DNA of 64,000 bases from Lama guanicoe (Eukaryota): contig MU053561.1 of NCBI GenBank assembly GCA_013239625.1, forward strand, positions 2,558,283-2,622,282, in the 5' to 3' direction. Positions 21,269-32,015 of this stretch are shown here, in pieces (within the stretch, counting starts at the first letter, position 1; the number at the start of each line of letters is the position of its first letter). Under the pieces are notes generated by a model that was given only the letters and a program-made list of their open reading frames with translations, did not search any database and was not told the origin of the DNA. The position numbers and the translations under genes are program-made.

Positions 21269-23338
21269 AATTTCCAAGCTAATTGTTTGCTACCTGCCAT
21301 AACATTTGTTTTCCAAATGTGCCATTTGCACTCAAATCTACATGTAAATTGAACGAGCTAATTAATACAGGTATAAAGTATCTCAGGATAAGAGTCTCTG
21401 GTGACTTCATTTCCCACTGATTCCACTCTATTTGCATATCTTCACTCGGAACTCCAGGACTAAACTACACTGACTTCTCATTTAACCTGTAAAGCACTCA
21501 GACAATTTTCTCTAAACGCTTCTCTGTCCACGTTACTATGATATCCTGACTCTTTCCTGAACTTTTACACTTCTCTTTCCTGAAATGAGTCTCCTGGACT
21601 GTGGACCCAAGCAAGGATCCCACTTTGTGGCAAAACCCAGGCTTGCCTTTCATTTCCATACCCTGTCTCTCCACTACTGTGTTAAAAACTAGGAGGCTAA
21701 ATGCAGGTAACTGGTAGCCTTTTCAGGAGCAGAAAGGATTAATATGGCCTGCTTGTCAATCATGGTAATGATGTCTAACATTTATGAGTTCTAACTTCCT
21801 TACATGCACGTCTCATTTAATCCCTACCACAAACCCTCTGAAGCAATGGATAGTCCCTCCATTTGATGGACGAGGGAAGTGGGCAGAGAGATTAACTGCC
21901 AAAGGTGACCCAGCCAGTGAGCGATGTCATCAGGAGCTGAACCTAAAGCAGTCCAAATCCAGATCTCACATTCCTGACTTAAATTAGTGGAAGCGCTCAT
22001 TGGACATACCATCTAAAAAGACCAAAAGGCCACCCTGGAAGACTCTAAGAAGGAGTAGTTAGCAGCCACAATTTTATCTCACTGCAGCTTACTCCTTATG
22101 AGGACTGATATGTTGACTATTTTTGTGTGTGTGGAGAAGGGTTATGAAATATCACAATTGCATTTGGCCTGTTGCCAGGTGAGAAGTCTCCTATTTTACT
22201 GGATTTGAATAATTCATACCTAATACTATACTGAATACCTTCCTTCCATCAAGAACAAGATCTCAAGCAAGGAATTTAGAGGTGTGTGTGTTGGAGCCAA
22301 CACTAGCCATATCCAGGAACCCACGTTCAACATGGAAGCTACGGCCAGCCCACAGCCCCTTCAGTCTCCTGTAACGCTGCTCGAGTTTTTGCTTCAATAG
22401 CGACGCCTTTCGCACAAGCATCCCCATTTGTCAGTTGTAGGGCTAGAAGGTTTTGTGGCCCCCACATAGGAAATTAAGGCTATTCTGATACTTGCATTGT
22501 TTTATTGGGCCGGTTGTATCTTGGGTATTGAGAACAGAAGACTCTTGAAATGATTTCCTGCTGCTAGTTGTGTGGTACAAATAGCTGCTGTCAGACAGAC
22601 CGCTAAACAATACAAAGATTCCCCCAAAGACAGATGAGAACTCACAGCATCTGCCTTTAGTCATGGGATATCATACAGAAACATGCTCTTGCGTGTCTGT
22701 TTGAACAGCATCACAAAGCAGCACAGGGAACTACTCAATCATCATGCTCTGAGGTGGATGGAAATCGGTGGGAACCCAGGCGAGGAGTGCAAAGGGGTCC
22801 CCTGTTCCTCCTGCCCAAATTCGTCTCCCCTTTGTAGAGCCAATCGGCACTCAGAGAGCATGGGAGAAAAGAAGCACCCATCACTGTGCAGTCCCAATGA
22901 ACCTCTCATTACTTCGCGTGTACAGGTCTTTGCTCATAATGAGAGTGCAGGCTCTCGGCAGCCGGAGGAAGCATGCTGTGACAGACGCTGCTTCTGGAGT
23001 CAACGCACCAGCTCTGCCCCTTAGTGCTCAGTGACCTTAGGCACCGTACCTAACTGCTTTTTCCTGGTTTGTGCTTTAATCTCAGTTTCTTTACAGATTT
23101 GTCATAAAGATTCAGTCCTCATGATTCATTAACTCCTTTCTCCTTTTCTCTTGGAGGAAATGGATGATGTCAGTTATTTCTGCATGCCTTGCTCCTAGTG
23201 TGTGTCTTGGCACATGTTAAATATCAGAAAATGCTCGTAGAATACAGGAATCTTATTTCTCTTGTATATTAAAATCCCTCTCTCTGTGTTGGCCATCCAG
23301 TTGGTTCTCAAATACTTTTTGAAAGAAAGATGCTTTTT

Positions 23339-23507
23339 ATTTAATTTTTTAAAGTTTATTTTACTTTATTCTTAATCTTTTCGGTGAGGGGAGGTAATTA
23401 GTTTTATTTAGTATTTATTTACTCTTAGAGGAGGTACTGGGGATTGAACCCATGACCTAATGCCTGCTAAGCATGTGCTCTACCACTGAGTTAAACCCCC
23501 TTTCCCC
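23339..23507 (-). mobile_element. tRNA-Ala-like SINE
   Basis: Reverse-complement head/tail; TSD AAAGATGCTTTTT at 23326-23338 and 23510-23522. Confidence 0.9.
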
Positions 23508-23639
23508 GAAAAGATGCTTTTTAAAAAAATTCAGGTTTAAGCTTACATGCAGTAAGCTATTTATTAAGTTATGCATATTATATTTATATTTTATATTTAT
23601 TAAATTATACAGAATTAATTTCAGTTATTTATGAACAGT

Positions 23640-24285
23640 ACAGTAATCAATCTTAGGAAGACAGCTCAGTGAACTTTTACAGAGGCATATGCCTATGAAG
23701 CCATCACCTAGATAAAGATAAAAAAACAGTTCAGTTGTTTCAGAAGCTTCCTTCATGCCACTTCCCAGTCAATACTCCTTCTGCCAGAGGAAACTTCCGT
23801 CACCATAGATAGGTTTTGCTTGTTCTTGGACTTCAAATAAATAGACTCATATAGGACATGCCCTTTTGTGTCTGGATTCTTTCACTCAACAATGCTGTAA
23901 GATTCATCCACATCATCACGTATGTCAGTAATTTGTTCATTTTTTTATTGTGCAGTATTCCATGGTGTATATAAACTATACCTTATCCATTCACCTATTG
24001 ATGGACAATGGTTTTGTTTCCAGTGTTTAGCAATGATGAATAAAGCTATGCATATCCTTGCGTATGTCTTGGTGGACATCGGCATTCGTTTCTCTTGGGT
24101 ACATGTAAGGAACAGAATTGCTAAGTCATAGAGTCAGTGTATATGTAACTTTATTAGAAACTACCTGTTTTACAAAATAGTTGAAGAGATTTACACTCCC
24201 ATCAGCAATGTATTGAATTCCAGTTGCTCCAAATTCTTACAAGCATTTGATATGATCAGTCTTTTCAATTTTAGCCATCCTGATG
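23640..24285 (-). mobile_element. Old L1M fragment
   Basis: ATCCATTCACCTATTGATGGACA...TTCCAGTGTTTAGCAATGATGAATAAAGCT...TTTACACTCCCATCAGCAATG. Confidence 0.75.
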
Positions 24286-25494
24286 TAATGGATTTGGGTT
24301 TTCATTTAATGGTTATTCACAGCATACGAGCTTATTAATAATTCCTTATCCCATGCGGTCCTCCATCTCAGCAAATGGTTTAATGTGATGAATATGCTTC
24401 TAGTCAAAATAGCTCCATTTGGCAGTCAGAACTGGTGCAGAAGGAACCTTGGATTCAGAGATGACATGATAGAAACTCCAAATTTCTGACAAGTAAATTA
24501 AACATAAAAGCAAGGTTCAAAAATACAAAGTAAACAGAAAGCCAGTTACGATAATGAACGACATAACCCTCTCTTATCTCTACACTTCTCAGTAGAAAAT
24601 TCTGTCAACACGTATTTATTAAATTGAAGAAGAATCTCATAACATGTGTCATTGTATTTTACAAATACGTATTAGCTACCTCTATGAGCTTGACATGATT
24701 CTGGAAACTTGCTGATAATTTTGTTCAGGTCTCCAAACTCTCACAAAATTGGTTTTATCTCCATTTTACAAAGTACACACCCTGACCCCATCCCTCATCC
24801 ACGCTGCTGCTTTTCCAATTCTCCTAAAGGACAACTGTTCTTTCCCTACTAAGCAACAGTCAATGGCTCACCCTGTCCATCCAATAAAATCCAAGTTCTT
24901 GTGCAAGTTCACGATCTCTTTTCCTTCCCCTGTGTTTCTGTGTTAATCTCCCATTGCTCCCCTCTGTAAATCTAATGCTTAAATCAAATCAAATCTATTC
25001 TACATACAGTGCTTTACATGAGGCTACCTCTGCCCCTTGACGACTGTTTACTCCAACTTTTCCTGTCTAAATATTTCCGGACATTTTAAAATTTAAATGA
25101 CATCTCCTTTGTGACATCATCTCATTTCTCATTGCCCATGGCACTTTGCTGCATTAGGAGGTAAAGATTAACAGCCAGGGTAACAGAAGTCTGAGCTGAA
25201 CCTATAGGTAATGCCGACTTCTCTGGACCTGTCCGATGAGTGGGGAGCCTCCCTCGAGCCTGATTTGCATGACCCACCTGCAGGAGAAAGAGGGCTGCTG
25301 ATGAAGACATTACAGAGTTTCCTGGGAGCCGAGAATGTGAAATGGAGAGCACAGTGGGAAGTCTGTCTCTCAGACTAGTTCCAGACTGGCTGGTGTCTTG
25401 ACCCTAAGGAGAAAGGAGATAGTGAGTAAAAGCTGAAGGAGTTGTTGTCACAGGAGATCTTTAGAGACATGGGGGCACAAGCCATCTTGGATTT

Positions 25495-25625
25495 TTGTTG
25501 TTTTTGTTTTCTGGGGGGAGGTAATTAAGTCCATTTATTTATTTTTAATGGCAGTACTGGGTATTGAACCCAGGACCTCATACATGCTAATCATGCACTC
25601 TACCACTGAGTTAAACCCTCGCCCA
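25495..25625 (-). mobile_element. tRNA-Ala-like SINE
   Basis: Reverse-complement head/tail; TSD CCATCTTGGATTT at 25482-25494 and 25626-25638. Confidence 0.92.
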
Positions 25626-26687
25626 CCATCTTGGATTTGACGGAAATCCAAATAGAGTAACACAAGGACAGAATGAGAGTTAGGTACTTTTCCTCGCTTG
25701 CCACTGTCCAGCTTGGGCATCTCAGGTGCTCCAGCATCCTGCCTGCAGTGGGAGCTGTAGATCTGAACAGAGCAGCAGGAGACCATGTGGGAGTGGACTT
25801 GTTCGTGAACTCGGATGAATTCTCAGGATCCTAGAGAAGCTCCAGGAATGTTTGAAGAACACTTTATAGATGGTAAGACTCTGTATAAGCTTGGGGCAAA
25901 AGTCAGTAGAATTTGGATTATTACTGTTGATTTCATTTCATTTATGTGCACAGACAGGTAAGGCCTGGAAAACCTTGGGTTATGCTGACATTCATTTATG
26001 ATTTGAAATGGCTTAAAATTTATCTTCATGTAAGTATCTGATTTGATCCTCATAATAACCATATGAGGTGGATAACATTATCACCAGATTTTTTCCAATA
26101 GTGATGGATTTGAGCACAGTATTTATTGGGGAAAGAGTCCAGGACTTGTCAGCAGACCTAATTTTGAGCTCTTACCCTTCTGCCTATGGCTAGGTGATCC
26201 TGGTGAGACTTAACCTCTCCGAGCTTCAATTTCTCACCTGCAGGACAGGAATCACAGCCCTTTTGCGTGGGGATGCTGTGAACCTGAGATGATGAACAAG
26301 TCCTGTGTGACTGTGAGAAATTACTATGGTGCAGGACTTCCTGCCAATTGTATTCATCTTCTGCCATAAATCAGTCGTTCCTCGACATGTCTCAGCAGAC
26401 TGAAAACAGTGAATGGAGCGTATTCATGCCTTCTTCTGTGTTATCTTGTCCTGCAACTCAGCAGGATAGTGCGGAATACCTCAGGGGTGGTGAGTTCCTC
26501 ATCTTTGGTGGGAGTGTGAAGGAGAGGATTCACACTTCAGAACCGCTTGGACTAGACCCCAATCCAGAGAGCCTAAGATTCTTTATTGAAGTAATCAGGT
26601 ACATAACAGATACAGATGTAACAGGTTAAATCAAGTTCCCCAGGAACACAATATGTGGCTAAGACACATAGAACATGACCCACTAAA

Positions 26688-26863
26688 AGGCTGTGTAGGT
26701 CACACAGTCTATTGTGGCGACTACTCAACCCGGCCATGCTATGGTATGGGCGGCCATGGACAACACGTAGGCAGATGAGAATGCCTGTATTCCAACAACT
26801 TGTATTTTAAAAAACAGACGTTGGGCCTCATTTGGCTTCTGGGCTACAGAGTAGCCAACTCCT
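26688..26863. mobile_element. MER58-like hAT-Charlie MITE remnant
   Basis: CGACTACTCAAC...GCGGCCATGGACAACACGTA...ATTTGGC...GCCAACTCCTG. Confidence 0.6.
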
Positions 26864-27004
26864 GAGACAGGTTTGTCCAGTTGCCAAGGAGGATTTGGTA
26901 ACACAAGCAGCCAAAAGCAAAACCAGGCAGTGACACAGAATAGAAAAGTCAAAATCATTGACTGAAAGAAATGTTCTCTGTTTAGTTTTAAAAACAAAAA
27001 TGAA

Positions 27005-27282
27005 AGGAGGTGGGAAGGGATAAATTGGGAGTTTGGGATTTGCAGATACTAACTACTATATATAAAACAGATAACCAACAAGGTCCTACTGTATAGCCCA
27101 GGAAACTATATTTAATACCTTGTAATGGCCTATAATGAAAAAGATATGAAAAGAAATATATATATGTGTATATATGTATATGTGTATATATATATATATA
27201 AAAATTAAAAAATGAATCACTATGCTGTACATTAGAATTTAACACAACATTGTAAATCGACTATGATTCAATAAAAAAAAAA
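27005..27282 (+). mobile_element. L1 3' end fragment
   Basis: GGGATAAATTGGGAGTTTGGGATTTGCAGATAC...ACACAACATTGTAAATCGACTATGATTCAATAAAA. Confidence 0.88.
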
Positions 27283-27344
27283 CCTGAACATGAACAAGTG
27301 CATAATTGGAGAGAGAAGGGGTTTCGTGTAAAATGTCTGCTGAA

Positions 27345-27669
27345 TCGGATGGAAACAAATTTTATTCTAAAGAAGTTCAGAAAGGTAAAAAGAAGACTCT
27401 AGGGTTTTAGTTGCTTGAAAAATCACTATGGGCCAAATAGCGTGATGTGATTTCTTAGAAAATCCAACGTGCTCTAGTTCCCATTAATGAAAGCAGAGCA
27501 TCCAGAACAAACAGGGTGATGGTCCCCGGGGAGCGGGGCTGCGGAGTCACCCCCTGGAGCCCTCCCATCCCACTGCCGGGCACACGGGAGGGGCTTCCTG
27601 GGGGATAACCGTTTCCATGCACTGCTCTGGGTGGAGCAGTGGGATATCTGAGTGTCTTCTGTGCAGTCT
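27345..27669 (-). other. CD101: Putative non-coding last exon / 3' UTR of CD101 with polyA signal
   Basis: AATAAA on the minus strand at 27361-27366 in unique sequence; candidate acceptor aaaacag| at 27670; human CD101 has a non-coding last exon as I recall; boundaries uncertain. Confidence 0.4.
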
Positions 27670-28671
27670 CTGTTTTGAATTCAAATGTGGAAGACTGGTG
27701 TTTGAGCTAAGAGCTGAAAGGCAGGGTCCAGAGGCAGATGGGGAACAGCGGCTGGGGAGGAAGGACCCCAGGTTGGGACAGCACCAGAATCTACTCGGAT
27801 TCTTTGTTGGGGCTCAAATCTACTCTCGTTCTCATCAACATCCAATTAAAATCCAGGTTTCTGGAAAAGATGGGGGTGAGTATCACACTTTCTAAGAAAT
27901 CTTAGCATTAGCTTTGTTTTCTGAAAAATATGTTCCCTCACCTGAGAGAGAAGAAACAAACGTGCTGGCCTGTTTAAGAAAACATTTGGAATATTTCAAA
28001 TGAGGCTACAAAGGGAGACAAACTGAAGGAAGTGGTGGGTCTGCAGTGGGAGTTCTCACAGCCACCAATAATTCCCTTGCAAAGGAACTAATTATGCTTG
28101 GAGAGGACGTGTGTGCCTGATAAAATAATTAAAAATAAATTGCTCTCCTTGGAAATGCAAATTACCGCGTGTGAAAACAACCCCGTTGGTCACATAGATA
28201 ATAAACAGATGTGTTTTCTCAAGTCTGTGAGGTGGCACTGACTGGTTTCCAGTTCTGGGTACCACAGGGCCCAAGCCACCTTAGAAACAAAGGTGGGGGA
28301 ACCTCAGGCCTGGTGGGGACAGTTGTTATCTCCTTGGGGACAGCTGTTGAGAGCCATTAGCCATGACACTCCCCACACCCTACCCGGCTGGCTTTTCCTG
28401 GCTGAGAACAGAGGATGCTGAGGAAATGGACCTGACCCACTCTTGCCCCTAAACTCCTCGCCCCTGCCAGAGTGGGAGGGGACGGTGGTGCTGTTAGACC
28501 CTCTGCCTTCTGATAACTACCCCAATGCCCTTTCCTGCTACCCAGTGCCGTCAGGTCAAGGAAAATAAGACCTTGGCTACGGAGAGCCGGGAGCTAGATG
28601 GACTTTGCATGTGGGGAGGAAAAGGGGATACGAGGTCTTGGGGAGATGACTGGAGCACTGTCGCAAAAATT

Positions 28672-28807
28672 TTTTTTTTAATTTTATTGTTTTTGGTGGG
28701 GAGGTAATTAGATTTTTATTTATTTGTTTGTTTTAATGGAGGTACTAGGGATGGAACCCAGGACCTTGTGCATGCTGAGCACATGCTCTACCACTACACC
28801 CTCCCCC
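28672..28807 (-). mobile_element. tRNA-Ala-like SINE (left member of inverted pair)
   Basis: GGGGAGGTAATTAG...GGAACCCAGGACCTTGTGCATGCTGAGCACATGCTCTACCAC; flanked by GCAAAAA(A)TTTT. Confidence 0.88.
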
Positions 28808-28831
28808 TCTGCAAAAAATTTTAAAAACACA

Positions 28832-28912
28832 GGGGAGGGTGTAGCTCAGTGGCAGAATGCATGCCTAGCATGCACAAGGTCCTAGGTTCAGTCCCCAGTA
28901 CTGCCATTAAAA
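28832..28912 (+). mobile_element. Short tRNA-Ala-like SINE, head only (right member of inverted pair)
   Basis: GGGGAGGGTGTAGCTCAGTGGCAGAATGC...GGTTCAGTCCCCAGTACTGCCATTAAAA. Confidence 0.88.
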
Positions 28913-29669
28913 AATTTCTTTTGAAGTTTCTCCTTAGCAATGATGTAATAAGTCTTATGGAAAAAAGAAAAAAGAAAGAAACTAAGGCTACAAAATGCTT
29001 TATCATTTCGTTCAAGAACTAATGTTGATTAAACACCTACTGTGCAGAACTGGCCCTTGAGTGGCATTTTTGATGGGCTGGAGATGAAAGGGAGGACAGA
29101 ATGGGATTTCTGCCTTGCAGGAAGTCACAGTCTGGTTGGGAGGTAGATCTGATGTAAATGAAGGGCACATTCTCAACTCCTTTTGCCTTGCTGACATCAG
29201 GTCCTTCCCTTGGCCTCTTATCCAGAGGCAGAAGATTACTTAGAGCCAGTGTGGCTGCACCCTGAGTGTTCTCCAGGGTATCAGAGACGCAAGCAAGGCG
29301 AGCAGAGGGCAGCCTCGCCTGGGGTTTTGCCCGGGGATCTCATTTAATCCCTAGCACTGGGTGAGGGAGGGGCTCCTCTCCTCACAGACGGAAGCCTGAG
29401 CCTCGGGAGATACGGTAAGTGTGAATCAGGTACCGGGTAACGGTGCCACCTGGCTCCTGGGGGGGTGCGAGGGGTAGAAGAGGTGACACAGGAAGAAACA
29501 CTTTAACGGTGCCCGGCACTACATACGCGCTCAACGAATGTTCCCTCTGAGTCCTCGGGAACTTGCCCCAGGCCAGACACAGGACAGAACCAGGGGGCCA
29601 CTCATATCCTGGTCAGGCCAGTTCCAAAGCCCGCACTCTTTCCAAAGGGCTGCAGGTGCCTCTGGGGAT

Positions 29670-29905
29670 TCAACTGTCTTCATCATCCTCTTCCGTCCTG
29701 TTTGTGGTCCTGCCTCCAGCCCCTTTCAAGCCCACCCAGAGGGCCTTTTCTTTCTGTGCGTTTAGACTCAGCGTGGATAACTTCCTGGACTTCCAGCATA
29801 AGCAGAGGAGGGAAATGAGTAGAAGAAAGAGCATCACGAAGGGGCAGATGACGAGGAAATAGAGCAGAGGTGCTGACGAGCAGATCCTGGAAGGCAATGT
29901 TGGCT
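29670..29905 (-). CDS. CD101: CD101 exon 9: stalk, transmembrane helix, cytoplasmic tail, stop (236 coding nt)
   Basis: ttgctgcag|AGCCAAC...; (E)PTLPSRICSSAPLLYFLVICPFVMLFLLLISLLCLCWKSRKL...EEDDEDS*; the 9 exons sum to 3060 nt = 1019 aa + stop. Confidence 0.95.
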
Positions 29906-30318
29906 CTGCAGCAAACAGGGGGGAAAGAAAGAATAATTAGTCTCCAATGTATTTGTACGAATTAATTGTTAACACTCCTGGGATTTATTGTTACAGGCAA
30001 ATATATGTGAAAGTCACGGGGGCCACATAGCAGTTGGCCCCTTAAATCACACGCGAGGAACGAGGAAAGGGTGCGGGGAGAGGAGAGCTGCAGGACGGCG
30101 CTCCTCCAGCCCCACTCCCCCTCGCCCAGCGATTTCCAACCACCAGAGGTTGCGATGACCTACTTAAAACTAACAGCCAGAAAGAAAAACAAAACAAGAA
30201 AGAAAATCTCTCCTTTAATCTTCTTTCCGCAGAAAAGATATCTATAATTCAACCCTCGTTCCCAACTCTGCTGCCGGTCCTGAATTTTTAACCGAGTTAC
30301 TCCCACCACTGCTTCTTA

Positions 30319-30351
30319 CACACACACACTCACACACACACACACACACAC
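30319..30351. repeat. (CA)n microsatellite, one interruption
   Basis: acacacacacactcacacacacacacacacaca. Confidence 0.9.
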
Positions 30352-31876
30352 TCAGTCACTCTGCACTGTCCTTATAAAACCACAGCACCCACAAGTGAGA
30401 AGCACCACCCCTTCCTCAATCTCCAAATCAGCCTCGCAGTCCTCAGGCACCCCCGCATTCGGTCCCCTCCCATTACTCTTACTGTCGCCTCCACCGGGCA
30501 TGCTCTCTGCACCGTAATCTCCTGGGTCCTGCTGGCCTAGCTCCCCATCACACTTGTCTTCCCACCTGGCCTTAGGCACAGTTTTCCTCTTCTTTTTTTT
30601 CAACTTCTCACACCTGCCTTTGTTTAGACCTCTTGCGTTCCCTTTAATCATCTTTATCATCATGGTCATTGGAGTACGTCTGATAGCGTCGCTTGTTTTT
30701 CTAGCCCCTGTAGTGCCTCGCGCACCTCCTTGGTAACGTTTGCTGATCTGAATTAAACTGGATTGACAGCAACCACATGGGCAAACGCTCCGATATAAAG
30801 GCCGGCTGAAGCACACGGCCACCCAGCCATCGGGCAGCTGCAGTCCTCAGGGAAGCCCTGTTGGCATACGGACACTCAGAGCACGGACAAACAGCCCTGA
30901 AGCGGTCAGGGCCTGGCCAGGCAGCCAGGGAAGACTGCACACACCGCAGGCTCCAGGAAAGAGAGCCTCAAGCTACTAGTCAAAGGAGGGGTATTTACAG
31001 TTTTTGATGCAGGACACACGCTTAAAGAGACACCAACTGCTAAATGTAGTCTTCCGACTACATTTATTTACAACAGGATATTTGAAATCAGGGCTGTTCT
31101 GAAAAATCTGATGCTAACAATAGCTGGGCTGTTATTGGAAAATCATAATGACATAAGCAATTTCTTCCTCTGAGGTTAAGCCATAGGATTCATAGGATTA
31201 CAGACCCTTAGAGATAAAGACAACAGGTTTAAAGGTCATTTTGACCAACCTCATATTGTAAGAATTTCACTTTTGGCATCGGTGATGCATTTCACACCTT
31301 GAAGAACATCTCTTTGTTGGAAGTCAAGAAAGAATCTAAACGTGTCCAAATTCTGCAAAGAAAACTCCTGGAGGACAGAACCTACATCTCATGCATCTTT
31401 TCTCCCGCGTAGCACTTTGGCATCAATGGGGACTAACGAATGAGTCAACTGCATGAGTGGCTTCCACACCCAGGGACCCAGGCGCTGCTGCCGTCATGTT
31501 ACACAGAGTAGACCATCACTGAACATTAGGCTGGCAGCTCTGAGCAGGGAAGGAGCTGCAGGGCTTTGCTGCTTGGATCTTCTCTGGTCTCGTTTATATT
31601 CTCCATCCTAAATTTGGTTTTTGTCTTTGAAAGTGTGGGCAAACGATAAAGCAAGAGTTTGAACTCTTTATCAGCCCCTCTCCACATCCTACCTGGCCCT
31701 TCCCTCCAAGGCCCTGCTTGACTACAATAATTCTCCCAGGTCTCATCTGAATACATTTGAAGGCATATGGCTAAGCAGGAGGAATAGACTGCAAGGCTGA
31801 AAGAGAGCGGAGCTATAGAGACCAGTGGGTGAGAGTTCCGGCCTTGATACTTCACACCACTTGTGTGCAGAGTAGT

Positions 31877-32015
31877 TGTTGTTGGTATTTTTTGGGGAAG
31901 GAGGTAATTAGATTCACTTATTTAATTAGTTTTTTAAATGGAAGTACTGGGGATTGAACCCAGGACCTCGTGCATGCTAAGCACACACTCTACCGCTTGA
32001 ACTATACCCTCCCGC
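31877..32015 (-). mobile_element. tRNA-Ala-like SINE
   Basis: Perfect 15-bp TSD TGTGTGCAGAGTAGT at 31862-31876 and 32016-32030. Confidence 0.92.

Noticed and set aside
30352..30822. 156-aa Lys/Gly/Cys-rich intronic ORF
   Set aside because: GTG start, low complexity, no recognisable family or clear splice frame
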